In this document: in pieces, positions 28,483 to 38,866 of the stretch
Layout: every line of letters begins with the position of its first letter
Numbering within the stretch: position 1 is the stretch's first letter
DNA from: Candidatus Hadarchaeales archaeon
GTDB lineage: Archaea > Hadarchaeota > Hadarchaeia > Hadarchaeales > Hadarchaeaceae
Length of the DNA: 46,630 nt
Assembly: GCA_038851075.1 (NCBI GenBank)
Contig: JAWCLG010000007.1
Coordinates: 1 to 46,630, forward strand
Reading direction: 5' to 3'
Notes under the pieces: model-generated
What the model saw: only the letters and a program-made list of their open reading frames with translations
The model's database searches: none
Told to the model about the DNA's origin: nothing
Translations under genes and position numbers: made by a program

Positions 28483-29567
28483 AATATCGCCTTCTCGGTT
28501 TTACCGTCGAACACGTGAATTTTATCCGGGTCAAAGCGAACCATCACAGCCTTTCCAACCGCGGGCCTGATATTTGGAGGAGTTTTTGCTATTATCTTGC
28601 CCTTACCGGCTTTTAGATGGACGTAATTATCGGCACCCACCAGCTCAACCAGCTCTACCTTTGCGCTTATCCCCGCTCCTCGGATGCCATCAATCTTCAC
28701 ATCCTCAGGTCTAACTCCGATGATCACCTCAGAACCCGTCGCGCAGCTTTTTACCAGTCTTCCCTGTTTTCTATCGAGACCAACAGTGAACTCTCCAGCG
28801 TCGAGAAATATTTTTCCAGCCCGCTCCTTAACGGAACACTTTATGAAATTTATTGGAGGGGTGCCCACGAACCCCGCCACAAATGTGTCCACCGGGTGGG
28901 AGTATATCTCCTCTGGGGGGCCAACCTGTTTGACCGAACCGGCGTGCATGACCACCACCTTATCTCCCATGGTCATCGCCTCAAGCTGATCGTGAGTAAC
29001 ATGAATGGTCGTTGTCTTCAGTTCTCGCTGGAGATTTTTCAACTCTGCGCGCATGACCACCCTCATTTTTGCATCTATGTTTGACAGTGGCTCATCCCAG
29101 AGGAACACACTGGGCTCGCGCACTATGGCCCTACCCAGAGCCACGCGCTGCCTCTGCCCCCCGCTGAGCGCCGCGGGTCTTCGGCCCAGCAGCTTTTCGA
29201 TTTCAAGAAGCTCGGCGGCTTTTTTGATCCTTCTTGCGATCTCAGGTTCTTTATAGCCCATATTTCTGAGGCCGAAAGCCATGTTGTCATAGACGGTCAT
29301 ATGAGGATAAAGCGCATAATCCTGAAAAACCATGGCTATCTTCCTGTCCTTTATCGAGAGGTCGTTGACCCTCTGTTTTCCGAAGTAGATGTCTCCGCTG
29401 TCCGGAGTCTCAAGTCCGGCTATGATCCTCAGCGTAGTCGTTTTGCCACACCCGCTCGGCCCGACAAAAACCGCTAGTTCTTTATCCCTCACCTCTAGAC
29501 TAACGTTGTTTACAGCCACAGTGTCCCCAAATTTCTTCGTGATATTCTTAAGGACTACCTTGACCAT
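28479..29567 (-). CDS. Sugar ABC transporter ATP-binding subunit (MalK/MsmX type)
   Basis: GPSGCGKTT, VFQDYALYPHMTV, LSGGQRQR, DEPLSN, VTHDQ, C-terminal TOBE region. Confidence 0.93.
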   Translation of the reverse strand: MVKVVLKNITKKFGDTVAVNNVSLEVRDKELAVFVGPSGCGKTTTLRIIAGLETPDSGDIYFGKQRVNDLSIKDRKIAMVFQDYALYPHMTVYDNMAFGLRNMGYKEPEIARRIKKAAELLEIEKLLGRRPAALSGGQRQRVALGRAIVREPSVFLWDEPLSNIDAKMRVVMRAELKNLQRELKTTTIHVTHDQLEAMTMGDKVVVMHAGSVKQVGPPEEIYSHPVDTFVAGFVGTPPINFIKCSVKERAGKIFLDAGEFTVGLDRKQGRLVKSCATGSEVIIGVRPEDVKIDGIRGAGISAKVELVELVGADNYVHLKAGKGKIIAKTPPNIRPAVGKAVMVRFDPDKIHVFDGKTEKAIF

Positions 29568-29666
29568 GTCGCTCTTTCATCATTCTAACCGCATTGTTAA
29601 AAAGGTTGGTCCTTCTAATCCGCGAAAAGAATAAAACCGATGACAGAGATATAATTACAGAGATGC

Positions 29667-31592
29667 ATGAAATTCAAGGATGACGGTTTCATTGAATCAG
29701 GGAGTATCTGGGTTGAAAGGTTGCGAGGTAAAATCGGAATTGCTATTATACTGATATGCTGCGTGGTGGCTGGGGCGGTTGCAATTGCTCTGATCCCCGC
29801 GCAAAAGGTCCCAAGTGCCCCAAGTAACGGTGGGGGCGGCGGAAATCAACAGGGGGACCATCTGGACCAGCTAAACGACTGGACCCAAATCTACTCATTT
29901 GAAGTACTCTGGGAGAACATGAAAGACCCATATGAAACCACTATCACCTGGGATGACCTCAGCGAAGAAGATAAGGAATTCCTCGACAACGTTCAAAAAA
30001 ACGCTTTCTGGTATTTCTGGTACGAGGCCGACCCCGACACCGGACTGGTTCAGGACAGGGCCACAAACGAAGAGGTCTCAAGCACGGCTGCGGTGGGCTT
30101 TGGGCTGTCAGCAATATGCATCGCAGAAAGCAGGGGATGGATCACATATGAGGAAGCATACGAAAGAGTTCTCAACACTCTCAAGAGCTTTGACCCTTCT
30201 AACCCACTCGTCCGCGGATCACACGGCTTCTTCTATCACTGGATAAACACGAAAACTGGCAGACGTGAATGGAATTCTGAGATATCTCTGATCGACACTT
30301 CTCTGCTGGTAGCAGGCGTACTTCATGCTGGAAAGCACTTCGCGGGAACTGAAATAGAAACTCTGGCAGATCAGATATATCGAGCGGTTGAATGGGACTG
30401 GATGAGCACAGGGAACCTGCTGAAGATAACCTCTGACGGCGGCGGCAAATCAGGATATGATGAATACATAATCTGCTATATCCTGGCTCTTGGCTCACCG
30501 ACCCATCCCGTCCCTGAGAGATATTGGGACGCCTGGGCCCGGACATATAAGTGGTACGAATACAACGGAACCAGATTTTTAACCGCCGGCGGCAGAACCA
30601 TGTTGGCCTATCTGTACCAGTTCCCCGCAGCGTGGATTGACTTCAGGGGAGTTCATGACAAATACGCGAACTACTGGCTTGAGAGCATCGCTGCCCTCAA
30701 GGTGAACCGGGATTTCTGTCTTGATGAAAGCAACAGGAACGGTTGGGACCCCCTCTGGGGCTGGACTGCATGCGATGGAAAGGACGGATATCTTGGATTC
30801 AGGGACTATTTTGAAGGCACTGTCGCGCCCTCTGCGGTTGCCGCATCGCTCCCGTTCATCCCAGAGGACGCACTGGCCATGCTGAAGTACATGTATCAGA
30901 GATACGGAGACAGGATCTGGGGAGAATACGGATTTGTGAACTCGTTTAATCCTGTACTGAACTGGTACGACAACGACTACATCGGAATCGACCAAGGGAA
31001 CCTGGTGCTGATGATCGAAGCTTTCAGAAGTGGAAATGTCTGGAAAGATTTTATGTCGATACCCTACATCGTTGAAGGGATGAGAAAAGCGGGCTTCGTT
31101 TCGGGATATCACACCGACAACCAGGGATTCATAAAGGACTGGCTGCTGATCGGACCGTTCGGAACCGGTGAAAGCGAGGCCTTTGAAACAGACTTTATCG
31201 GAGAAACTTCAATAGGTTTCCCGAGGGCTGGTGAAACGATTGAAGGTAAAACGTGGATTGGGATGCATTATCCTTATGGGGACTCTTCATCCAGATTCAT
31301 AAATCTGTACAACGTTTTTATCCCAAGGGAAAACACCGGGGCATATGCTTATGCTTTGATAAACTCTGCCGAGGAGAAACAAGTTACCCTGAGAGTGGGC
31401 AGCGATGACTCAATCAAAGTCTGGATAAACGATGAACTCGTTCACGAAAATCACGCGCTTAGATCCGCCACAAAAGATCAGGACGTGATAGAGGGAATCA
31501 GGCTCCAAGCAGGGTTCAACAAGATACTCGTTAAAGTGTGCAATGAATCCGGAGGCTGGGGATTCTATCTGAGGTTTACTGACAAAACTTAA
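29667..31592 (+). CDS. Membrane-anchored GH144-type (glucoamylase-family, beta-1,2-glucanase clan) hydrolase with C-terminal beta-sandwich domain
   Basis: N-terminal TM; YFW...TGLVQDR, STAAVGFGL, HGFFYHW, SEISLIDT, YILALGSPTHP, WIDFRG, WGWTACDG, GTVAP, WGEYGF, YIGIDQG; C-terminal WLLIGPF...GSDDSIKVWIN. Start may be TTG at 29721. Confidence 0.8.
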   Translation: MKFKDDGFIESGSIWVERLRGKIGIAIILICCVVAGAVAIALIPAQKVPSAPSNGGGGGNQQGDHLDQLNDWTQIYSFEVLWENMKDPYETTITWDDLSEEDKEFLDNVQKNAFWYFWYEADPDTGLVQDRATNEEVSSTAAVGFGLSAICIAESRGWITYEEAYERVLNTLKSFDPSNPLVRGSHGFFYHWINTKTGRREWNSEISLIDTSLLVAGVLHAGKHFAGTEIETLADQIYRAVEWDWMSTGNLLKITSDGGGKSGYDEYIICYILALGSPTHPVPERYWDAWARTYKWYEYNGTRFLTAGGRTMLAYLYQFPAAWIDFRGVHDKYANYWLESIAALKVNRDFCLDESNRNGWDPLWGWTACDGKDGYLGFRDYFEGTVAPSAVAASLPFIPEDALAMLKYMYQRYGDRIWGEYGFVNSFNPVLNWYDNDYIGIDQGNLVLMIEAFRSGNVWKDFMSIPYIVEGMRKAGFVSGYHTDNQGFIKDWLLIGPFGTGESEAFETDFIGETSIGFPRAGETIEGKTWIGMHYPYGDSSSRFINLYNVFIPRENTGAYAYALINSAEEKQVTLRVGSDDSIKVWINDELVHENHALRSATKDQDVIEGIRLQAGFNKILVKVCNESGGWGFYLRFTDKT

Positions 31593-31609
31593 AAACAATA
31601 AAAAGAATA

Positions 31610-31628
31610 ACCCCGCCTCATGCGGGGT
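31610..31628 (-). terminator. Stem-loop terminator between convergent genes
   Basis: ACCCCGC-CTCAT-GCGGGGT perfect 7-bp stem, followed on the minus strand by TATTCTTTTTATTGTTTTT. Confidence 0.6.
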
Positions 31629-31633
31629 GCCTA

Positions 31634-32458
31634 TCAGGAAAATGCGATCCAGTCCACGTACAAAGTTCCGTTGACCGGCCCCTCAAACACCAAATTTATC
31701 TGTCTTAGGTCCTTGAGATTCAACCCTTCCGGGCCCACTGTGGTCGCTGGATTAAATTCGGTAAGGGGTATCACTATTTTTGTCCATCCCGTGTTTGCCT
31801 CTCTGTAAACTGATCCGCAGTGGGAACTCGTCGCGTTGTGTACTGCCGCTGATGTGAGGCTAGATATGTCAGCAGGAGCTACACCGAACAGAATTTGCGA
31901 AAGTTCGCTGGGAGTCTTGCCGTATTTCTCTACAGCAAGTGTCTCTCCCGATTCAGTGAAAACCTGCTCCGCCTTCGTCGCATCTGAGTGCTGCAGTGTG
32001 TCCTGAAGCTCCACCTTGAACCTCAGTTTCTTGTCCGCCTTCACTGCCATGTGAAGTTCCGTGTACGAGCTGACATCTCTGCCGCCACCTATCCTGACCA
32101 GTATCGGGTCCGTCGATATATCACCCGGAACTGCAAAGCTCCAGTATCCGCTCCAGGCCGCTGGCGGGACGTCTATGTTGAACCTGATTGCATATGAATC
32201 TCCGTCCACCACATCAAACCCGTAATAGTCTGCCCCACCGTCCGGAGGATAACCCCCCATCATTCCAGCGCTTGTTCCTGGAAAGCTTCCCAGACTCGCA
32301 TCGTCGAAGTCGTCGTAAATCAGTCCGCCTGTCGGTTTGGCAATAGGTGCGGATCCACCGCCCATGGACATCAATGCCAATGCCAGAACTGCCACAATTA
32401 CCACAACTATGACCACAGCCAACAGAATCTTTGTCTTTCCACCACCATTTCGCTCCAT
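31634..32458 (-). CDS. Membrane-anchored CBM11-like protein with a large loop insertion
   Basis: N-terminal TM; YDDFDD, WSGYW, DVSSY, FKVELQD, WTKIVIPL, LRQINLVF, LYVDWIAF. Confidence 0.7.
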   Translation of the reverse strand: MERNGGGKTKILLAVVIVVVIVAVLALALMSMGGGSAPIAKPTGGLIYDDFDDASLGSFPGTSAGMMGGYPPDGGADYYGFDVVDGDSYAIRFNIDVPPAAWSGYWSFAVPGDISTDPILVRIGGGRDVSSYTELHMAVKADKKLRFKVELQDTLQHSDATKAEQVFTESGETLAVEKYGKTPSELSQILFGVAPADISSLTSAAVHNATSSHCGSVYREANTGWTKIVIPLTEFNPATTVGPEGLNLKDLRQINLVFEGPVNGTLYVDWIAFS

Positions 32459-32642
32459 TTACCTCCCTAAAGATAAGTAGGCTCCAGCCTTTTTTAAATG
32501 TTTTTAAAAATTTTGAGAAAAAGCGCCTTCTGGCTGTATTTTAATAGAGTTTCGCCTTTTCTGTAAAACTAAAAAAGAGAGATATGGTCAGGTTTTCTCA
32601 AAAAAAGTTATAACTGTCGTACGTGAAAAGACATAAGGTTGC

Positions 32643-35558
32643 ATGCCCCGTAAAAGAAAGGGAGAACGCCGGAAGAAGAAAAAAGAAAACATCATGAGGA
32701 GACTTGTATTGTTTGTCCCTGCGGTTGTCGCAGTGATTATTCTGGCTGCTGTGCTAACCAGTTCATCGCCCAGCAAGAAGATGTGGATAACCGTTCACGA
32801 CCCATGCGGAGATGACTATGGGCCCGGAACATACACATACCCGGTGGACTACACTTTCAGAACAGAAAACTTCGGGAAGAGAGAATCATTTGACATAACT
32901 AAGTTTTCGACATATGAGGATGGAGACCAGCTGGTTCTGGAATATCGCCTTTCTCAGTCCATCGCCGACCCGTGGGGCGGGGAGCAAACGAAAAAGTATG
33001 ACATAAGCCTGCAGGCAATCGATGCCTACTTAGACACAGGGATATCTGGAGGATACACGGATCTCATATTCGATCAGACGATACCTGGTAACGTCGCAAA
33101 AAATCCGAACGGTACACTGAACGCTGTAATAGAGGCTGAATCCGACTGGGAATACGCTATCCGAGCGCAGGGATGGGAAGTAAGCATCTTTACCAACCCA
33201 ACTGGAGAAAACGGCGGGAAAAAATCGATGGGCAGGATGGAGGTGGACAAAGAGTCCGGCATCATCAGGATATACGCTCCAAAGAGTCTTATTGGGACGC
33301 CAGATTCAAGCTGGAAGATAACAACTTTTATTTATGGCATAGATTACGGGAACGCCAGGGTTGTCAACTCTCACGCATCCGGGTGGAATTTTGGAGGCGG
33401 AAGAGATGACAGCTGTGACCCCAACATCATCGATATTATCGTCCCTGAGGGGCATACTCAGGAAAGCGTTCTCGATTTCACGAGTTCTCCAGTTGTGCTC
33501 AAGGCGGTGCCATTCGGATCCGGGGAGTACACATCGAGCAAGGGGGCTGTTTCAGTCAGTCCGCAGCCCACCGGTCTTGATCCTTCCGAGATTCCACCGA
33601 CCGAAAACCTGCTGGACGAGATAGTCAGAAGAGGGGTAATGTACTTCTGGGACTGGGCAGACAATGAAACTGGTCTGATCAGAGACACGACAAAATATGC
33701 CTATGACGAGTTTCCCGCGAGTACGGCCTCCACCGGATTCGGTCTGACCGCCCTCATAATCGGGGCCCACAGGGGGTGGCTCGATAACAGCGCCGTTTAC
33801 AACAGGGTTCTCACAACGCTCCGAAGTTTTCATGATAACACGGATGATAATCCGAACGATCTGGTGGTGGATGGAGAAAACGGTCTCTTTTATCACTTCA
33901 TCAGGATGTCAACCGGAGACAGGTGGACTCCGTCATCGATGGGCAAACCTGGAGAATCATCAGAACTGTCAACCATTGATACGGCCCTCTTTCTAGCAGG
34001 AGCGATCACCGCCGGAGAATATTACAAAGGCACAGAAGTCGAGGAGATCGCCAGAGAGATATATGAATCGGCCGACTGGAGATGGATGCTGTCCCCTGAA
34101 AACCAGTTATACCACGGATGGACTCCGGAAAGAGGATATCTTCCGAATAAATGGGAATATTACTCCGAAGCAATGATCTTATATCTGCTGGCCATCGGAT
34201 CGCCAACCTATCCTATACCTGCGGAATGCTGGCATGCATGGGAGAGGCCGCTCAACTACGTCGGGACGACAAAGACGTACATAATGTCTCCTCCAGAAAG
34301 CCTGTTCACCTACCAGTACTCTCATGCGTGGATTGACTTCAGGGAAAAACATGACCACTATGCGAACTACTGGCAGAACTCGGTCTACGCCTGTCAGAAC
34401 AACCGTAATTTTGTCATATGGGTTGCGATAAACGGCCCGACTGACAGATACCTTGCATTTGACGATGATATTTGGGGTCTCACCGCGGGGGACGCTCCGT
34501 GCACAAAAACGGGATACAAAAACTACGGTGCAACCCTGGGAGGATATGATGGTACAATACATCCTTACGGGATGGTCGCTTCATTGCCGTTTGTACCTGA
34601 GCTGTCGCTGCGAGGCATAAACGCTCTGCTGGAAAGATATGGAAGGGAAATATGGAGAGAATACGGTTTCACAAGCGGATTCAATCCGGATGTGGACTGG
34701 TATTCACACGAGTATACCGGCATTGACGTAGGGATACAAGTGATTATGGTGCAGAACTACCTCGACAACTTTGTGTGGAATCTATTCATGAACAATGAGT
34801 ACATACAGAGGGCGATGACCCTTGCTGGATTCCAAAGCGGTGCGCTTGAAAATAAGAGGGCCATAACCGAAGAATATGAGAGGGAGTACACAGTGCCAAC
34901 TGAAACGAAAGAAGCAACCGCAAGAAGGGCTATGGTCGCGATCAACATTGATGGAAGATTGAACGACTGGAGCGGGGCAGAGTGGTATGCTGTACCGCCA
35001 AATAACAAAGTTATGGGGACCATACGCTTCGATATCGAAAATGTAAGCAGCGAGTTCTCAGCGATTTGGGACGATGAACATCTATATCTGGCATGCAACG
35101 TCACAGACACAATAGTTGTGTCAAACATAGAACCCGACGATGTCCACAGCCTGTACAGAAGTGACAGTGTCGAGTTCTACCTGCAGCCTGACAGATTCAT
35201 CTCAACCGCGACTGGAATATTCAAAATAGCGGTTATACCATTTGACACCTCCGGAAACCCACAGGCCTGCAGGCACGAGGACATGAACCCCGGTCCGATA
35301 TCGAGCGTCGCGCCAGGAATAAAAATAGGATCCAGCAGAACCTCATCTGGATATATAATTGAAGTTGCTATACCCTGGAGCTACTTACAGATAAACCCTG
35401 CATCCGGAGTAAAAATGGGGATAAACCACACCGTTCACAACACGTACTTCTCAAACGCAGAGCCAGGAGAGTATGTTAGGACTGCCATGCTCTCATGGGT
35501 TCGTGTCTCTGTGGTGTGGTCAAGACCGACAACATGGGGGGTTTTAACTCTTGAATGA
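32643..35558 (+). CDS. Multidomain GH144-type hydrolase: DOMON/glucodextranase-C-like + catalytic + CBM9-like domains
   Basis: DPCGDDYGPGTYTYP; STASTGFGL, GLFYHF, ELSTIDT, YSEAMILYLLAIGSP, LFTYQYSHAWIDFR, WGLTAGD, YTGIDVG; C-terminal IDGRLNDW...WDDEHLYLA..VTD...DSVEFY...GYIIEVAIPW. Confidence 0.82.
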   Translation: MPRKRKGERRKKKKENIMRRLVLFVPAVVAVIILAAVLTSSSPSKKMWITVHDPCGDDYGPGTYTYPVDYTFRTENFGKRESFDITKFSTYEDGDQLVLEYRLSQSIADPWGGEQTKKYDISLQAIDAYLDTGISGGYTDLIFDQTIPGNVAKNPNGTLNAVIEAESDWEYAIRAQGWEVSIFTNPTGENGGKKSMGRMEVDKESGIIRIYAPKSLIGTPDSSWKITTFIYGIDYGNARVVNSHASGWNFGGGRDDSCDPNIIDIIVPEGHTQESVLDFTSSPVVLKAVPFGSGEYTSSKGAVSVSPQPTGLDPSEIPPTENLLDEIVRRGVMYFWDWADNETGLIRDTTKYAYDEFPASTASTGFGLTALIIGAHRGWLDNSAVYNRVLTTLRSFHDNTDDNPNDLVVDGENGLFYHFIRMSTGDRWTPSSMGKPGESSELSTIDTALFLAGAITAGEYYKGTEVEEIAREIYESADWRWMLSPENQLYHGWTPERGYLPNKWEYYSEAMILYLLAIGSPTYPIPAECWHAWERPLNYVGTTKTYIMSPPESLFTYQYSHAWIDFREKHDHYANYWQNSVYACQNNRNFVIWVAINGPTDRYLAFDDDIWGLTAGDAPCTKTGYKNYGATLGGYDGTIHPYGMVASLPFVPELSLRGINALLERYGREIWREYGFTSGFNPDVDWYSHEYTGIDVGIQVIMVQNYLDNFVWNLFMNNEYIQRAMTLAGFQSGALENKRAITEEYEREYTVPTETKEATARRAMVAINIDGRLNDWSGAEWYAVPPNNKVMGTIRFDIENVSSEFSAIWDDEHLYLACNVTDTIVVSNIEPDDVHSLYRSDSVEFYLQPDRFISTATGIFKIAVIPFDTSGNPQACRHEDMNPGPISSVAPGIKIGSSRTSSGYIIEVAIPWSYLQINPASGVKMGINHTVHNTYFSNAEPGEYVRTAMLSWVRVSVVWSRPTTWGVLTLE

Positions 35559-35610
35559 CAAGACAACTTTTTTAAACACGTGGATTCCTAAAAACATGGG
35601 TGGACCGCAG

Positions 35611-36897
35611 ATGAATGGAAACTGCGGAAAAATTCCTGCAGCAATGGTCGCGGTGGCGGTTGTAGCTGTGGTGATAATAGCCGCCGTGGCTCTGATTCTG
35701 CCCGGCACGACACAGAGGGATAACACGACGTCTTCCGGAGGAATAGAAATCTACCACTATTGGACATCCGGGGTTGACAGGGATGCCATCAATGCTCTTG
35801 TTAGGTCGTTTCAGGACAATTACAACATCAACGTGAGCTCGAGCGGATTCACCGGATATCAGGACAAGATAAGTCTGGTTATCGATACCTCACCCCCAGA
35901 CGTGGCGGCACACTGGTTCAACAAATACTATAAAGACTATGCCTCGAGAGGTTCACTGCTCGACTTGACCGAATTCTGGGAAAACAACTGTCAAACGTAC
36001 CCCGAAAAAATAAAGGACCTGATAACAGTGAACGGAAAGATCTACGGCGTTCCTCTGGATATCCACTGGGAGGGAGGAGTGGTTTTGTACAACCTTAGAG
36101 TTTTAAGCAGCAAGGGCATCAACGTTCCAAATACCTGGGACGAATTTCAGGATATGCTGGACGAACTGAAGAGCAAAGGGGTCGAACGTCCGATAGCAAT
36201 GGGATTTGCCGATGCTTGGCCGAGAGACATGGTATTCACCGCAATTCTGGCCGCAACCGGAGGGGCAGAGTTCTATAAGGATCTCGCTGCAGGGAACGCG
36301 AGATGGACCGACAGCCGGGTCGTGGAAGCCTTCCAGATATACCAAGAGTGGTGTCAGAAAGGATACTTCGACCAGTCTGCCCCAGGCCTTGACTGGCAGG
36401 ATGCCTTAAACACGTTCATCTCAGGCGATACCGCTGTATATTTCATGGGGGACTGGGCCTGCGCTGCCCTCAAAAAGATAGGATGGCAGCCGAACGTCGA
36501 CTATTATGCGGATTTCATACCAACGAAAACAGGAGCGACTCCAATTGCCATACCGGACCTCGAGGGGTTCGTTGTCCCGGAGAGATCATCGAAAAAATCG
36601 CTCGCTCTGGAATTCCTCAAGTTCATATCAAGGGCGGAATCTCAGGTGACCTTTGCATCAATAAAAGGAAGCACAGCGCCCCACCCGAACGCGGACATCA
36701 ATCAGTATGGAGACAGCATACAGGTCAACATGTGGAACAAGGCTGAAGGAAGGGAATGGGCACTTCCCATAATGTGGTATTTCTCGCAAAACGTACGAAA
36801 CGAATTCGGTGACGGGATGTATGCCATATGGGACAATCCAGCAGGGGTCGACATTTCTGAGATCTGCGCCTCAATAGACACGGCTACACGGAGCTGA
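35611..36897 (+). CDS. Sugar ABC transporter solute-binding protein
   Basis: N-terminal TM anchor, IEIYHYWTSG, GKIYGVPL, VPNTWDEF, FMGDW. Confidence 0.88.
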   Translation: MNGNCGKIPAAMVAVAVVAVVIIAAVALILPGTTQRDNTTSSGGIEIYHYWTSGVDRDAINALVRSFQDNYNINVSSSGFTGYQDKISLVIDTSPPDVAAHWFNKYYKDYASRGSLLDLTEFWENNCQTYPEKIKDLITVNGKIYGVPLDIHWEGGVVLYNLRVLSSKGINVPNTWDEFQDMLDELKSKGVERPIAMGFADAWPRDMVFTAILAATGGAEFYKDLAAGNARWTDSRVVEAFQIYQEWCQKGYFDQSAPGLDWQDALNTFISGDTAVYFMGDWACAALKKIGWQPNVDYYADFIPTKTGATPIAIPDLEGFVVPERSSKKSLALEFLKFISRAESQVTFASIKGSTAPHPNADINQYGDSIQVNMWNKAEGREWALPIMWYFSQNVRNEFGDGMYAIWDNPAGVDISEICASIDTATRS

Positions 36898-36982
36898 TGT
36901 GTTTTGAACTCCCCATTCAGAGGGAGCACAGCATTGTTCCTGCGAAAACTGTTTTTTTATCTGAACCTGCAGGGGTGAAAAC

Positions 36983-38035
36983 GTGAGAAACGATGAGAAA
37001 ACCGCGTATATTTTTCTTGCTATTCCTCTCGTCTGCGTCGGCTTCATATTGTTCACAATTTTTTACCTGATTGGTTCCAGCTTTTTCACGAACGAAGGCC
37101 TCGGGTTCCAGAACTATGTCAGACTTTTCACATTGGACCAGTATTTCTGGCCCGCCCTCTGGCACAACGTCTTCTGGATGATCTGGGCCGTTCTGGTTCC
37201 GATAGGCATTGGGCTGATTTTCGCAACGTTGCTCAGCCGCAACATAAGGGGGGAAAACATCTTCAAAGGAATAATCTACTTTCCGGCCCTGCTCGCAGGC
37301 GCGACGATAGGCGTCATATGGAAATGGTTCTATCTTCCGAGAAACGGGGTGATAAACTCAATCCTGAAGGGATTCGGGCTGATGGGACTCGGCAATCCGA
37401 CCACCGAGCTGTGGATAAACAACTCATCACCGCCGGTTCCTCTTCTCACGATAATCTCGCTGCCGATCTTCTTCGTATCAATTCTGCTGATTGCCCTCAC
37501 ATTTTCTCCGAGAATATCGAGGTTGAAGCTGGGTCTCGTTTTGGGAATCGGAGGAATCGCATTTCCCATATGGCTCTTCCTATCCGGTGCGGTTTCCACC
37601 TCCCTGGTGTCCATCCTCATAGCTTCAAGCTGGGCAGGTTCAGCTGTTTCAATGGTGATGTTCCTCGCAGGAATGCAGGCGATACCCAAGAGCCACATAG
37701 AAGCAGCGAAGGTTGACGGTGCAAGTGAATGGCAGGTGCTCCGTCACGTTGTGCTTCCGGCACTGAAGCCGGTGATGGTCACTCTGATAATACTCTCTGC
37801 CATAAGCTCCATGAAAGCATTTGATCTTGTGTACACTCTTGCCGGACAGGAGGGCGGCCCCGGACACCATGCCGCAGATGTGCTTGCGCTTTACACCTTC
37901 CGAACCCTGAAATCGAGCCAAGACTTGGGCGGGTACAGCTATGCGAGCACGATAGGGTTCATAGGAATACTCGTATCCTTGGTTCCAGTCATTCTCTACA
38001 TGATAATGCTGAGGAGAAAGGAGGAGGATACATGA
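36983..38035 (+). CDS. Sugar ABC transporter permease (MalF/UgpA type)
   Basis: GFQNY, EAA loop LAGMQAIPKSHIEAAKVDGASEWQ. Confidence 0.9.
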   Translation: MRNDEKTAYIFLAIPLVCVGFILFTIFYLIGSSFFTNEGLGFQNYVRLFTLDQYFWPALWHNVFWMIWAVLVPIGIGLIFATLLSRNIRGENIFKGIIYFPALLAGATIGVIWKWFYLPRNGVINSILKGFGLMGLGNPTTELWINNSSPPVPLLTIISLPIFFVSILLIALTFSPRISRLKLGLVLGIGGIAFPIWLFLSGAVSTSLVSILIASSWAGSAVSMVMFLAGMQAIPKSHIEAAKVDGASEWQVLRHVVLPALKPVMVTLIILSAISSMKAFDLVYTLAGQEGGPGHHAADVLALYTFRTLKSSQDLGGYSYASTIGFIGILVSLVPVILYMIMLRRKEEDT

Positions 38036-38865
38036 CGCTTCAAAGAACGATTCTTTACATCGCAATCATCCTACTATGCGTGGTGTGGATAGTCCCTCTG
38101 GTTACTGTTGTATTCGCCTCATTCAAACCCGAGGCCGAAATACTTGGAGGAAATCCGCTCTCACCTCCCTCCAGCATCTACCTTGGCAATTATTCTGAAA
38201 GTCTGACGGAGGGGAGTCCTCCGCTCGTGAACGCCTTCGTGAACACGCTGATAATAACTGTCTTTGCGGTCCTTGGGTCAGTCTTCATAGGAGCACTTGC
38301 GGCATATCCGCTGTCGCGCCTTAAATTCAGGGGCAGCAACATGATCTACATGATCTTGATATTCGGTATGATGTTTCCGCACCAGCTTGTCATGGTGCCT
38401 CTATATCAGACGGCTAATTTTCTGGGACTGTACGGATCGGTTACGGGTAACTTCATCGCAGTTATCCTTGCTCACATAATTTTCGGAGTACCATTCTGCG
38501 CATTCATCCTCGCCGGATTTTTCAGAAACATACCCCGGTCACTTCAGGACGCGGCAATGATGGACGGATGTTCTCATTTTTCGTTCTTTTACAAAATCAT
38601 CCTGCGACTGGCTCTGCCGGCTCTGGCGGTTATTTCGCTTCTGCAGTTCACAGGGATATACAACGATATGCTTTGGGCGCTGGTATTGATGAGGGACTCA
38701 AGCACTTACCCGGTAGCCACAACACTGGCAAGTCTTTCCACGACTTCAGGGACCCCATACGGACTCCTATGCGCTGCTGGTTTTCTTGCAGCACTGCCAA
38801 CTCTGCTGCTGTTCGTTTTCCTCCAGAAATATTTCATAAAAGGGCTCGCCGCTGTTGGGAGGTAA
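38032..38865 (+). CDS. Sugar ABC transporter permease (MalG type)
   Basis: AAYPLSRLKFRG, IPRSLQDAAMMDG, FLQKYFIKGL; ATGA overlap. Confidence 0.9.
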   Translation: MTLQRTILYIAIILLCVVWIVPLVTVVFASFKPEAEILGGNPLSPPSSIYLGNYSESLTEGSPPLVNAFVNTLIITVFAVLGSVFIGALAAYPLSRLKFRGSNMIYMILIFGMMFPHQLVMVPLYQTANFLGLYGSVTGNFIAVILAHIIFGVPFCAFILAGFFRNIPRSLQDAAMMDGCSHFSFFYKIILRLALPALAVISLLQFTGIYNDMLWALVLMRDSSTYPVATTLASLSTTSGTPYGLLCAAGFLAALPTLLLFVFLQKYFIKGLAAVGR

Positions 38866-38866
38866 A

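Noticed and set aside
31815-32000. CBM insertion as a mini-intein
   Set aside because: Too short, no N-terminal Cys/Ser block, and the HN dipeptide is followed by Ala rather than Cys/Ser/Thr.
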